Assembly: GCF_965214065.1 (NCBI RefSeq)
Contig: NZ_CBDCAT010000026.1
Coordinates: 77,204-141,203 of the forward strand
Reading direction: 5' to 3'
Length of the DNA stretch: 64,000 nucleotides
Source of the DNA: Candidatus Poriferisocius sp.
Lineage (GTDB): Bacteria; Actinomycetota; Acidimicrobiia; Acidimicrobiales; Bin134
This document shows positions 28,386 through 38,505 of the stretch, piece by piece; the first letter of the stretch is position 1; every line of letters starts with the position of its first letter. Position numbers and translations under genes: made by a program. Under the pieces are notes generated by a model that was given only the letters and a program-made list of their open reading frames with translations, did not search any database and had not been told where the DNA came from.

Positions 28386-31334
28386 TCAGACGTCGAGGGC
28401 TTCAAAGTCCTCGATTGGCGGACAGGCGCAGAACACGTTCTTGTCGCCGTGGGCGCCGTCGATGCGGCCGATCGGAGGCCAGTACTTGCGCTCCATTACG
28501 CCAGGAAGGGCGAACGCGGCTTGCTCCCTGCTGTACGCGCGATCCCAGTCGCCGTCGGTGATTGCCGCCGCAGTGTGGGGGGCGCGGCGCAATGGGCTGT
28601 CTTCCATGACGATAAGCCCGTCGGCCACCTGGTCGATTTCGGCCCTGATGGCGGTCATTGCGGCCACGAAGCGGTCGAGTTCCGTTTTGGACTCCGACTC
28701 GGTGGGCTCGACCATCAAGGTGCCGGCCACGGGGAACGACACGGTGGGGGCATGGAAACCGAAATCGATGAGCCGCTTGGCCACGTCCTCCACGGTGACG
28801 CCGGTCTGGGCGTGGAGCGGGCGCAGATCGATGATGCACTCGTGGGCCACGAGCCCGTTCTCACCGGTGTAGAGCACTGGGAACAGGCCGTCGAGATGCT
28901 TGGCCAGATAGTTGGCGCTTAGCAGGGCCACTCCGGTGGCCTCGGTCAGCCCCTCTGCGCCCATGGCCGCGATGTAGGCCCAAGAGATGGGCAAGATACC
29001 GGCCGACCCCCACGGTGCGGCCGAGACTGCGCCCACACCGGTAGACGGGCCGGCTTCGGCCACCACCGGATGGTTGGGCAAATGGGGGACCAGGTGCGCT
29101 CCGACCGCCACCGGGCCCACTCCCGGCCCACCCCCGCCGTGGGGGATGCAAAACGTCTTGTGCAGGTTCAGGTGGGACACATCGGCGCCGAACTGGCCGG
29201 GCTGGGCCACTCCCACCAAGGCATTCAGGTTGGCCCCGTCCAGATACACCTGCCCGCCGTGGGCGTGGATCAGATCGCACACCTCGGTCACGGTGGCCTC
29301 ATACACCCCGTGGGTGGACGGATAGGTGATCATCAGGGCGCTGAGCCTGTCAGCGTGCTCCACCACTTGGGCCTTCAGGTCGTCCATGTCCACGTTGCCG
29401 TCGTCGTCGCACTTGACCACTACCACCTTCATCCCGGCCATAACCGCGCTGGCCGCGTTGGTGCCGTGGGCCGAGGCAGGGATCAGGCAGATGTCCCGCT
29501 GGGTCTCGCCTCGGGCCGCGTGGTAGCCCCGGATGGCCAGCAGCCCGGCGAGCTCCCCCTGGGAACCGGCGTTGGGCTGGAGCGATACGGCGGCGTAGCC
29601 GGTAATGGCCACCAGCATCTGCTCTAGTTCGGCGATCATCGCCCGGTAGCCCTCGGTTTGATCGGCGGGGGCAAACGGATGCATCTGAGCGAACTCGGGC
29701 CAGCTCACCGGCTCCATCTGGGTGGTGGCGTTGAGCTTCATGGTGCACGACCCGAGCGGGATCATGGTGCGGTCCAAGGCCAGATCTTTGGAGGCCAGGT
29801 GGCGCAGATAGCGCAGCATCTCGGTTTCGCTGTGGTAGCGGTGGAATGTCGGGTGGGTCAGGTAGTCGCTGGCCCGGACGCCGTCGTGGGGGAGGGCATC
29901 AGGGGTCTCGGCGTCGAGGACGTCGAAATCCCGGGTGTCGGCCGCGATGCCGAAGGCCCGCCACAGGGCGACCACCGTAGCCCGGGTGGTGGTCTCATCT
30001 AGCGAAAAAGCCACGGTGTCGTCGTTTACTGGCCGCAGATTCAGCCCTTCGGCCAATGCGGCCGCTATGACATCGGCGGCTCGACCCGGCACTCGGACGG
30101 TGACCGTGTCGAAGAAGTGCTCAGCGGCGATCTCGTAGCCGGACTGACCCAGCCGGTCGGCCGCGATGGCTGTCAGGCGGTGGACCCGCCGGGCGATGCG
30201 GGCCAGCCCTACGGGACCGTGGTAGACGGCGTACATGGCGGCCATCACTGCCAACAGCACCTGGGCAGTGCAGATGTTGCTGGTGGCCCGCTCCCGGCGG
30301 ATGTGCTGCTCCCGAGTTTGCAGGGTCAGCCGGTAGGCCACTGCACCGGCATCGTCGATGGACACGCCGGCCAAGCGGCCGGGCAGCGACCGCATGGCCG
30401 ACTCCGGCACCGCAATGAACCCGGCGTGGGGGCCGCCGAAGCCCAAGGGCACTCCGAATCTCTGGGACGACCCCACCACCGCGTCGGCCCCCAATTCGCC
30501 GGGCGGGGTCAGTAGGCACAGCGCCAAGAGGTCGGTGGCCACCGCCACCAGGGCGTTCACGTTGTGGGCTGCGGCGATGATCCCGCTCAGATCGCCTATG
30601 CGCCCCGAGCTGCCGGGATACGACACCAGCATTCCGAACGCTCCATCGGCGAGCTCTTCGATATTGGCCTGCTCCAAATCGGCGACGACTACCTCGATAC
30701 CCAGCGGTTCCGCCCGGGTGGCCACCACGTCGATGGTCTGGGGGTGGGTGTCGGCGTCGACGATGAACCGGTCGTCGGGGGCCTTGCGATTGAGCCGCCG
30801 CAGCAGCGTCATTGCCTCGGCCGCGGCGGTGCCCTCGTCCAGCAGCGAGGCGTTGGCCATGCCCATGGCGCACAGGTCGGTGACCATGGTCTGGAAGTTG
30901 ACCAGTGCCTCCAGGCGGCCCTGGGAGATCTCCGGCTGGTAGGGGGTGTAGGCGGTGTACCAGGCCGGATTCTCCAACACGTTGCGGCGTATCACTGCCG
31001 GTGTGATGGTGTCGTAGTAGCCCATGCCGATCAGCGAGGTGGCCACCGTGTTGCGGTCGGCCAGCGCCCGCAGCGCCTCGGTGGTGGCCGCCTCGGTCAT
31101 TCCCGGCGGCAGCTCCAGAGGGCCGTTGGAGCGGATGTTGGGAGGAACGGCGGCGTCTACCAGAGCCGAAAGGCTGCGGTACCCCAGTTCGGCCAGCATG
31201 GCGGCCTGGTCCTCGGTCCCAGGCCCTATGTGGCGGGCTCGGAACTCGTCGCGGTTCTCCAAAGCCGCGAGGTTTTCCGGAGAGGCAGGAAGAGAAGGCA
31301 CGATAGTTGGCTGTTTATGGTGCTCCAGCGGCAC
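28386..31334 (-). CDS. gcvP: Glycine dehydrogenase (glycine cleavage P protein)
   Basis: [54 protein letters not shown]; exact start uncertain. Confidence 0.97.
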   Translation of the reverse strand: MPLEHHKQPTIVPSLPASPENLAALENRDEFRARHIGPGTEDQAAMLAELGYRSLSALVDAAVPPNIRSNGPLELPPGMTEAATTEALRALADRNTVATSLIGMGYYDTITPAVIRRNVLENPAWYTAYTPYQPEISQGRLEALVNFQTMVTDLCAMGMANASLLDEGTAAAEAMTLLRRLNRKAPDDRFIVDADTHPQTIDVVATRAEPLGIEVVVADLEQANIEELADGAFGMLVSYPGSSGRIGDLSGIIAAAHNVNALVAVATDLLALCLLTPPGELGADAVVGSSQRFGVPLGFGGPHAGFIAVPESAMRSLPGRLAGVSIDDAGAVAYRLTLQTREQHIRRERATSNICTAQVLLAVMAAMYAVYHGPVGLARIARRVHRLTAIAADRLGQSGYEIAAEHFFDTVTVRVPGRAADVIAAALAEGLNLRPVNDDTVAFSLDETTTRATVVALWRAFGIAADTRDFDVLDAETPDALPHDGVRASDYLTHPTFHRYHSETEMLRYLRHLASKDLALDRTMIPLGSCTMKLNATTQMEPVSWPEFAQMHPFAPADQTEGYRAMIAELEQMLVAITGYAAVSLQPNAGSQGELAGLLAIRGYHAARGETQRDICLIPASAHGTNAASAVMAGMKVVVVKCDDDGNVDMDDLKAQVVEHADRLSALMITYPSTHGVYEATVTEVCDLIHAHGGQVYLDGANLNALVGVAQPGQFGADVSHLNLHKTFCIPHGGGGPGVGPVAVGAHLVPHLPNHPVVAEAGPSTGVGAVSAAPWGSAGILPISWAYIAAMGAEGLTEATGVALLSANYLAKHLDGLFPVLYTGENGLVAHECIIDLRPLHAQTGVTVEDVAKRLIDFGFHAPTVSFPVAGTLMVEPTESESKTELDRFVAAMTAIRAEIDQVADGLIVMEDSPLRRAPHTAAAITDGDWDRAYSREQAAFALPGVMERKYWPPIGRIDGAHGDKNVFCACPPIEDFEALDV

Positions 31335-32412
31335 CGTCAGTCATTCCGTAGCGGTGGAAGGGACCGAAGAAGCCGTGCTCGTACAGGCCGTAGCCCACAT
31401 TGCCGTCGTAGGTATAGCGGCCAACATGGTCAACCACGCCGTACTGCCCGATGGGCTTGACCTCGGTGTCGACGTCTAGCACCTTGCCCTGAACCACCAA
31501 TCCGGGACCCTGGTACATGCCGTGCCGCCAGTCTGCGTCCATGCCGTATCCGGTACCCACAGACACAAAGTTTACCAAGAGGGGCTGGCAATCAATCTCG
31601 ATTCCAGCTTCTGGGAAGGAGATTGTGGAGTGGGTAAGCACCCGAGTACCCGACTCGAAAGTGTGTTCGTGCTCGGAACGGCCGAGATCCTCGTCGGGTC
31701 GGCCGTCGACCCACACTCGCTTGCCCTCGACTAGTCGCCGGGTGCCGTCGTCGGCCTCATTGTTCATGTACAAGATGGCGTGGTCGTCGAACATCATCGG
31801 GAAGTAGTTCCACATCCCGGACATGACATTGATGCCCTGTCGGATGCCGTCGCCTTCGGGTTCGCCCACCGGGCGGATGCCCCAGGAGCGGTCGCGGGCG
31901 CCGCCCCAGCGATCGGGGGTGACCGCAAAGTCTTCGCCGCCCACCGACAGGGTTCCCTCCCACCGGCCGAGCTGGGCGAAGCGCTGGGTGTTGAAAACCA
32001 CCCGCCCCTCGCTGCGAATGTACTGGTTGGGCTCCTCCATGGCACGGATGGAGGCATCCCAGGTGACGTCCATGGCGATGGAGTGCTCGTTGGGCTCCAC
32101 GATGTAGCGCACCTTCTTCAGGGGCTCGATGACCTCGATGCGCATGGGGCCGACTGACATGTCCATCCGGTCGGTGAGGGGGCGAGAGCCCCTCACCACA
32201 TGGTGCTTGTCGCCCCGGCGGATGCAGCAGAAGGCGTCCTGGACGCCCAGATTGGGGTACTGGCCCATACCGAAGATGGCGAACAGCTCGTCGCTGGACC
32301 CGTGCATGCAGAAGTAGTTGCGGTCGTAGAAGTTCCGGTCGGTGGTGCCTGCATGGCGGATCCAGTCGGGGGACTGGTGGACCGGGAACTCGTCCCATGA
32401 GGAGATGGCCAT
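31315..32412 (-). CDS. Conserved actinobacterial hypothetical protein (lipocalin/tocopherol-cyclase-like beta fold suspected)
   Basis: [37 protein letters not shown] motifs; strong coding bias. Confidence 0.7.
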   Translation of the reverse strand: MAISSWDEFPVHQSPDWIRHAGTTDRNFYDRNYFCMHGSSDELFAIFGMGQYPNLGVQDAFCCIRRGDKHHVVRGSRPLTDRMDMSVGPMRIEVIEPLKKVRYIVEPNEHSIAMDVTWDASIRAMEEPNQYIRSEGRVVFNTQRFAQLGRWEGTLSVGGEDFAVTPDRWGGARDRSWGIRPVGEPEGDGIRQGINVMSGMWNYFPMMFDDHAILYMNNEADDGTRRLVEGKRVWVDGRPDEDLGRSEHEHTFESGTRVLTHSTISFPEAGIEIDCQPLLVNFVSVGTGYGMDADWRHGMYQGPGLVVQGKVLDVDTEVKPIGQYGVVDHVGRYTYDGNVGYGLYEHGFFGPFHRYGMTDGAAGAP

Positions 32413-32490
32413 TGCCGTCCTTTCGGTATTCCGATGTGCTCGCGGCCTACCTTATGTCTTCGTGATGACCGCTATGGAAGGCAGGCAAGC

Positions 32491-33243
32491 ATGAAGGGCA
32501 AGGTGGCTTTGGTGACCGGGGGAGGCAGCGGGATCGGCCAAGCGGCCGCGGTGCTGTTCGCTCGCAAGGGGGCGAAGGTGGCAGTGGCCGATCGCAATGC
32601 CGAGGGCGGCGCCGAGACAATCGCCATGGTCGAGGCCGAGGGCGGCGAGGGCCGGTTCTTTGCCGTAGACGTGACCGACGAAAATCAGGTGGCCGGCCTA
32701 GTGGCATCCACGGTGTCGGAGTTCGGCAGTCTGGACTGCGCATTCAACAATGCGGGTATCACCCATCCCTCCCGGCTCTTCCATGAGCTCACGCTGGACC
32801 AGTGGGACGAGATGATAGCGGTGAACCTGACCTCGGTGTTTCTCTGCATGAAGCACGAGATCATCCAGATGCTGGCCCAGGACGACGGCGGGGCCATCGT
32901 CAATACCTCATCGGGCGCGGCCATAATCCCCGCACCCGGTCAGCCCCACTACACCGCGGCCAAGCGAGGCGTGCTGGGGCTGACCACCTACGCGGCCGAT
33001 GAGCTAAATGGCAAGGGCATCCGGGTCAACGCCGTTTGCCCGGGCATGATCGACACTCCGATGGTGGCATCGTGGCGGGAGTCGAGCCCCGAGATGGCCG
33101 AAGCAGTCGTCCAGATGATGCCGGGCGGGCGCCTGGGGCTGCCCGAGGAAGTAGCCGCGGCCGCGGTGTGGCTGTGCAGCGACGAAGCCCGCTGGGTATC
33201 GGGCGACACCATGGTGGTGGACGGCGGGATGCTCAACCGCTAG
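32491..33243 (+). CDS. SDR family oxidoreductase
   Basis: TGGGSGIG, NNAG, YTAAK, VDGG. Confidence 0.93.
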   Translation: MKGKVALVTGGGSGIGQAAAVLFARKGAKVAVADRNAEGGAETIAMVEAEGGEGRFFAVDVTDENQVAGLVASTVSEFGSLDCAFNNAGITHPSRLFHELTLDQWDEMIAVNLTSVFLCMKHEIIQMLAQDDGGAIVNTSSGAAIIPAPGQPHYTAAKRGVLGLTTYAADELNGKGIRVNAVCPGMIDTPMVASWRESSPEMAEAVVQMMPGGRLGLPEEVAAAAVWLCSDEARWVSGDTMVVDGGMLNR

Positions 33244-33277
33244 CAGGCCGGGGGCATCTGATGCCTAAGCTGCTGGC

Positions 33278-33736
33278 GTGACGACGACAAGGACGCAAGT
33301 GGCCGCGGTTGAGGGGCTGTTTACTTTGGATGTCGACGAGCCCCGGCTGATCGGGGGGCGGGCTCGGAGCCGGGGCTCCTACTTCTTTCCCAAGTCGTTG
33401 GCCGGTTCCGATCCGGCTTGTTTGGGCGACGAGATCGACGAGGTGCTGCTCAGCCGCACGGGACGGCTGTGGTCGTTCACCACTGGTGAGTACGCCCCGC
33501 CGGCGCCCTACGTGATCCCCGGCGACGAGTTCGTCCCCTATGTGATCGCCGCGGTGGAACTGGCTGAAGAAAATCTGGTGGTGCTGGGGCAGGTAGTGGC
33601 CGGCGTGTCGGTGGACGAGTTGTCGGTGGGCATGGATATGGAGCTGGTGATCGACGTGCTCTACTCCGATGACGAGCACGATTATCTGGTGTGGAAGTGG
33701 GCCCCGGCGGGCCATATCGAGAACGGAGAAGGCTGA
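33278..33736 (+). CDS. DUF35/ChsH2-type OB-fold protein (Rv1628c-like), Zn-ribbon cysteines degenerate
   Basis: LSRTGRLWSFT, YAPPAPY, AAVEL, L.VGMDMELV; one-base overlap with the thiolase start. Confidence 0.85.
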   Translation: MTTTRTQVAAVEGLFTLDVDEPRLIGGRARSRGSYFFPKSLAGSDPACLGDEIDEVLLSRTGRLWSFTTGEYAPPAPYVIPGDEFVPYVIAAVELAEENLVVLGQVVAGVSVDELSVGMDMELVIDVLYSDDEHDYLVWKWAPAGHIENGEG

Positions 33737-34923
33737 TGGATGACATCGCCATTTTGGGTGTGGGTATGCACCCGTGGGGCAAGTGGGGCCGCAATTTCAC
33801 CGAGTACGGGGTGAAAGCGGCCCGCGACGCCCTGTCCGACGCCGAGGTGGGCTGGGAGGAGATCCAGTTCGTGTCGGGGGCCAACAGCGTGCGGTGCGGC
33901 TACCCCGGCTATGTGTCGGGATCCACGTTCGCCAACGCCCTGGGGTTCACCGGCTGCCAGCTGGCCAGCTCCTATGCGGCCTGTGCCTCGGGAGCTACCG
34001 CGCTCAGCATCGCCCGGGCCCAGATCTTGTCCGGGGTGTGCGAAGTAGCCTTGGTGGTGGGGGCCGAGACCACCCCCAAGGGGTTCTTCGCCCCCAACGC
34101 CGGCGAGCGCCACGAAGACCCCGACTGGCTGCGCTTCCACTTGGTGGGCGCCACCAACCCCACCTACTTCGCGCTGTATGCCCGGCGGCGAATGGAGCTG
34201 TACGGCGACACGCCCGAGGACTTCGCGGCGGTGAAGGTAAAGAACTCCCGTCACGGGGTATTCAACCCCAACGCCCGCTACACCAAGGAGTACGACGCCG
34301 ACGACATCGCCAACTCCCCGATGGTGGCCGACCCGCTGCGCCTGCTGGAGATATGCGCCACCTCCGACGGGGGCGCGGCGCTGGTTGTGTCGAGCATGGA
34401 GTGGGCGGCCAGCCGAGGAATGACCGACCCGGTGAGGGTGTCAGGCATATCCACAGTGAGCCCCACCTATCCCAACAGCGTGATCGAACTTCCCTATCTG
34501 GCGTCGGACTCGTGGGCCGCGGTGGGCGACGAGACCATGACGTTCAAGGACAACATCGCGGGCCGGGCCTACGAGGAGGCCTCGGTGTCGCCCGAGGATC
34601 TGGACTTTGCAGAGGTGTACGACCTGTCGTCGGCCTACGAGCTCGACTGGTACGAGCACATCGGCCTGTGCGAGCGGGGCGACGCCGCCAAGCTGCTGCG
34701 AGCGGGCGACACCGCTCTGGGCGGGCGCATCCCGGTGAACCCGTCGGGCGGGCTGGGGGCCTTCGGTGAAGCCGTGCCGGCCCAGGCCATCGCCCAGGTG
34801 TGCGAGATGGTATGGCAGCTTCGAGGCGAGGCCGGCCACCGCCAGGTGGAGGGCGCCAAGGTGGGCCTTTCCATCAACCACGGCATGTTCGGCCACGGCT
34901 CCTCGGTGATCTGTACCCGGTAG
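33736..34923 (+). CDS. SCP2-type thiolase / lipid-transfer protein (Rv1627c-like)
   Basis: GMHPWGKWG.NFTEYG, YAACASG, TTPKGFFAP, DPDWLRFHL, NPSGGL..FGEA. Confidence 0.9.
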   Translation: MDDIAILGVGMHPWGKWGRNFTEYGVKAARDALSDAEVGWEEIQFVSGANSVRCGYPGYVSGSTFANALGFTGCQLASSYAACASGATALSIARAQILSGVCEVALVVGAETTPKGFFAPNAGERHEDPDWLRFHLVGATNPTYFALYARRRMELYGDTPEDFAAVKVKNSRHGVFNPNARYTKEYDADDIANSPMVADPLRLLEICATSDGGAALVVSSMEWAASRGMTDPVRVSGISTVSPTYPNSVIELPYLASDSWAAVGDETMTFKDNIAGRAYEEASVSPEDLDFAEVYDLSSAYELDWYEHIGLCERGDAAKLLRAGDTALGGRIPVNPSGGLGAFGEAVPAQAIAQVCEMVWQLRGEAGHRQVEGAKVGLSINHGMFGHGSSVICTR

Positions 34924-34975
34924 TCGGTTGAGCCTCTCCCCGCCGGTAGCAATTCGCTCTGGCTAGAGTGCCGCC

Positions 34976-36184
34976 ATGGCACCACCTGACCTGCTCAGTT
35001 CAGACGAAGACCGCTACGACGTCTACCGGGTGTACCGGGATGACTACCCGTGCTTTCACGACGAGGCGTCGGACACCTGGTTCGTGAGCCGCTACGCCGA
35101 TGTAGAGCACGTGTTCAAGAACCCGGCGTTCAGCACCGACATGTACGAGTGGATGATCGAGCCGGCCCACGGCCCGACACTGTTGTCCAAGCACGGGGCT
35201 GAACACTCACGCTATCGGAACTTGGTGGCGCCGTTCTTCCGAGGGGCAATCCTGGAGAGCGACTTCATGCCCATGATCGAGGCCCAGGCCCGCTCGATGA
35301 TCGACCAGTGGATCGCCGACGGGAGCTGCGATCTGGTCGAGGGCTTGTCGAGGTACCTGCCCATCAAGGTGATCGTGGCCATGCTGGGGCTGCCCGACGA
35401 GGACCACTCCAAGTTCCAAGACTGGTACGAATCAATCAACCGATTCGTGTCCAACATCAACCAAGACCCCGACATCATCGCCGAGGGGGAGCAAACCCGG
35501 GAGGAGTTCCAGGAGTACCTGATGCCGGTCATCGCCGAGCGGCGGCGCAACCCCGGCAACGACCTGCTCTCGAACCTGGTCACCGCGGAGATCGACGGCA
35601 GCGGCCTCTCGGACATCGAGGTCAAGTCGTTCACCAGCCTGCTGCTGACCGCCGGGGGAGAGACCACCGACAAGGCCATAGCCAGCCTGTTCAAGAACCT
35701 GCTGGAGCACCCCGACCAACTTGAGCAGGTGCGCAACGACCGCTCCATGGCAACCATGGCCGTGGCCGAGACCCTGCGCTACAGCCCACCCGCCCACTGG
35801 ATCCAGCGCCTGCCTCATGAGGAGGCCGAGCTGCCCTCGGGCACGGGCACCATTCCCGCCGGGGCCACGGTGACCGGCATCATCGGGGCGGCCAACCGGG
35901 ATGAGCGCAAGTACACCCACACCGATCCCGAGCTATTCGACATCAATCGCCAGGACCTCCCGGCGTCCAGCGCATTTGCGGCCAACGCCGAGCACACCAC
36001 GTTCTGCTTCGGCCGCCATCACTGCGTGGGCTCCTATCTGGCCAAGGCCGAAATCGAGGCCGCGCTCAACATCGTTCTGGACTGCACCGAGAACCTCCGG
36101 TTGGCCGACGGGTTCGAGGCCCAAGAGGTCGGCGTGTTTCTGCGGGCCCCCGCCGAGCTCCAAGTGGAGTTCGACCCGGCGTAA
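34976..36184 (+). CDS. Cytochrome P450 (CYP159/CYP134-like)
   Basis: LLTAGGETTDK I-helix, ETLR, AANRD, FCFGRHHCVG heme motif. Confidence 0.93.
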   Translation: MAPPDLLSSDEDRYDVYRVYRDDYPCFHDEASDTWFVSRYADVEHVFKNPAFSTDMYEWMIEPAHGPTLLSKHGAEHSRYRNLVAPFFRGAILESDFMPMIEAQARSMIDQWIADGSCDLVEGLSRYLPIKVIVAMLGLPDEDHSKFQDWYESINRFVSNINQDPDIIAEGEQTREEFQEYLMPVIAERRRNPGNDLLSNLVTAEIDGSGLSDIEVKSFTSLLLTAGGETTDKAIASLFKNLLEHPDQLEQVRNDRSMATMAVAETLRYSPPAHWIQRLPHEEAELPSGTGTIPAGATVTGIIGAANRDERKYTHTDPELFDINRQDLPASSAFAANAEHTTFCFGRHHCVGSYLAKAEIEAALNIVLDCTENLRLADGFEAQEVGVFLRAPAELQVEFDPA

Positions 36185-36194
36185 AACTAGTGAG

Positions 36195-36219
36195 GAAAAG
36201 GGCGATTGGTGCCCTTTTC
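36195..36219. terminator. Stem-loop after the P450 gene (probable intrinsic terminator)
   Basis: GAAAAGGGC-N7-GCCCTTTTC inverted repeat. Confidence 0.55.
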
Positions 36220-36286
36220 ACGAGTTTCCTACTATTGGAAGCTCAAGCGTTCGACTTGCGCTCAATCGTCCGGAGAGGGGACAAAC

Positions 36287-37363
36287 ATGAAACGATCTTT
36301 GTGGAGGGTGCTGGCAGGGCTGCTGGCGTTGACGTTGGTCGCAGGAGCGTGCGGCAACGACGACGACAGCGAAGTAGCTGCCGGTTCCGACATCACCATC
36401 GGCTATCTCCAGTGGATCTACGCTGATGAGGCTGGGAAGAGGATTGAAGACGCAGCCAAAGAGGCCGTTGAGTTCTTCGGATGGAGCTACGAGACCTGCG
36501 ACGCGGCGGGCGATCCAGCCCAGATGCCGGTGTGCGGAAACCAGCTTTTGGACAAGGACATCGACGTGATGCTCACCGACGGCATTCCCGAGGCGTTTAT
36601 CACCGACGTGTTAGAGCGGGCCGAGGAGGAGGGCATTCCCGTGCTCTCCGCCGGCGGCGAAGTGGAGCCCCGCGACTTCTACATCGCCAGCTTTGCCTCC
36701 GATGACACCGACCTGGGTGTGCAGTTGGCCAACTATCTGGTGGACCAGTTCCCCGGCGGCGCCCGCATTATTGTGCAGTCCGTTCCCACTGCGTGGAGCG
36801 ACAAGCGCATTGAGGGCTTGAATTCGGTCATCCAGGGCAACAACATCGAGATCGTCGACCAGTGGGAGGGCGACTTCGCCGACCTGGTGGCCGGCACCGA
36901 AGCCGACGTGACCACCAAGCTCCAGCAATTCGACGACATCGATGCAGTGTGGATCAACTTCTCGGTGGCTTCCATCGGTGCCGCCCAGGCCATCGGCGCT
37001 CTCTACGAGGCCGATGATCCGGATCGCCCGCAACTGCTGACCTTCTACGCCAATCCCACCACCGTGAACGACATCCGGACCGGCCGGGTGGATGCCGCGG
37101 TGGACGAGAAGCTGGAGTGGCAGAGCTGGGCTCAGGTCGACGCGGTTGCCGCGTGGCTGGAGAACGGCACAGAGCCCAGCCAACAGCGGGCCCCGAACTA
37201 TGACGGTCGGAACTTCTCGGTCCGCCAAGTGGTCACCATCGACACGGTGAACGCCATGCCGGCCGACAGCACCGAGGTTCCCGCCCCGGACCCACCCGGT
37301 GACTACGAGGAGTACTTCCGCAACAAGTGGTGCGACGAGTACGAAGGTCTGCCCAACTGCTGA
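36287..37363 (+). CDS. Sugar ABC transporter substrate-binding lipoprotein (RbsB-like)
   Basis: Lipobox VAGAC, periplasmic-binding type I features, GAGAGGGG RBS; first gene of an RbsB/C/A-like operon. Confidence 0.82.
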   Translation: MKRSLWRVLAGLLALTLVAGACGNDDDSEVAAGSDITIGYLQWIYADEAGKRIEDAAKEAVEFFGWSYETCDAAGDPAQMPVCGNQLLDKDIDVMLTDGIPEAFITDVLERAEEEGIPVLSAGGEVEPRDFYIASFASDDTDLGVQLANYLVDQFPGGARIIVQSVPTAWSDKRIEGLNSVIQGNNIEIVDQWEGDFADLVAGTEADVTTKLQQFDDIDAVWINFSVASIGAAQAIGALYEADDPDRPQLLTFYANPTTVNDIRTGRVDAAVDEKLEWQSWAQVDAVAAWLENGTEPSQQRAPNYDGRNFSVRQVVTIDTVNAMPADSTEVPAPDPPGDYEEYFRNKWCDEYEGLPNC

Positions 37364-37401
37364 GGCAGTGATCCCGCACCTTCGGGTGCAGGCTAGAACA
37401 T

Positions 37402-37441
37402 GATTGAGCCGGTGACGGAAGCATCCGTCACCGGCTCAATC
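37402..37441. repeat. Perfect 18-bp inverted repeat between SBP and permease genes (mRNA stability hairpin or partial terminator)
   Basis: GATTGAGCCGGTGACGGA-AGCA-TCCGTCACCGGCTCAATC, preceded by a GCACC-TTCG-GGTGC tetraloop hairpin. Confidence 0.75.
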
Positions 37442-37479
37442 GCGTCCAGCGACTAGTTTCAACGCAGGGGAGGAAGCGA

Positions 37480-38505
37480 ATGGCTGAAACAACCACTGTC
37501 CCGGTGCCGCCAGAGTCGGCCAAGTCAGGATCGGGGGGATCGCGTTCAAGGTTCGATGTGCTGTCGTTCATATCGACGTACGGGGTCTTCATCACCCTGG
37601 TGGCATGCATCGTGATCTTCACGGTGCTCGACAGCGACTTCATCGAAATCGACAACCTGCGCACCCAGCTCGGTTTGGCTGCACCGCTGCTCATGCTCTC
37701 GCTCGGGCTCACCGTTGTGCTGGCCATGGGCGACTTCGATCTGTCCATCGCCGGGACGCTCTCGGCCAGTGCGGCAGCGATCGTGATTTTGATCGTGAAC
37801 CACGACTGGCCGTGGGGTCTGGCGGTGCTGGTGGGGGTGGCGTTCGGCCTCGGCATCGGGGCCATCAACGGCCTATTGGTGTCATACGTGGAGATGCCCT
37901 CGTTCATCACCACACTGGCCACCTTTTTGATTCTGCTGGGCGTCGAATACATGATCAGCGACGGGCGCAACATCACCGGTGCGGCCGATATGCCGGACCT
38001 CTATCGGGACCTCGGCATCGGCAAGCCAGAGCCGCTTACCGAGTTCACCTCGCCGGTGTGGATCGCCGCCGGTCTGGCCATCATCTTGTGGCTGATGATG
38101 TCCAAAACCGAGCTGGGGCGGTACATGTACGCCATCGGCGGCAATCCGGAGGCGGCTCGGCTGTCGGGCATCAACGTCAAGGCATTGCGGGCACTGGGAT
38201 TTGTGGTCGTCGGCTTCGTGGCGGTCATCGCCGCGGTGTCTCAAACGGCTCGGACCGCCTCCTCCATCCCCCGTGTCGGCATCTCTTTGCTTCTGTCGGC
38301 CTATGCGGCGGCGTTCTTGGGGGCGGCGGCCTCCCGGCAGGGCCTGTTCAACGTTCCGGGCACCGTGCTCGGGGTGATCTTCTTGCAGGCAGTGCAGTCG
38401 GGGCTGACCATCTTGGGATACGACCGTGACATCTTGGATATCTCCCGGGGATCGATCCTGGTCTTGGCCATGCTGCTCACGGCACTGGGAGCAAAGCGGC
38501 GATGA
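37480..38505 (+). CDS. Sugar ABC transporter permease (RbsC-like)
   Basis: GDFDLS, PSFITTLAT, YAIGGNPEAARLSGI. Confidence 0.93.
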   Translation: MAETTTVPVPPESAKSGSGGSRSRFDVLSFISTYGVFITLVACIVIFTVLDSDFIEIDNLRTQLGLAAPLLMLSLGLTVVLAMGDFDLSIAGTLSASAAAIVILIVNHDWPWGLAVLVGVAFGLGIGAINGLLVSYVEMPSFITTLATFLILLGVEYMISDGRNITGAADMPDLYRDLGIGKPEPLTEFTSPVWIAAGLAIILWLMMSKTELGRYMYAIGGNPEAARLSGINVKALRALGFVVVGFVAVIAAVSQTARTASSIPRVGISLLLSAYAAAFLGAAASRQGLFNVPGTVLGVIFLQAVQSGLTILGYDRDILDISRGSILVLAMLLTALGAKRR

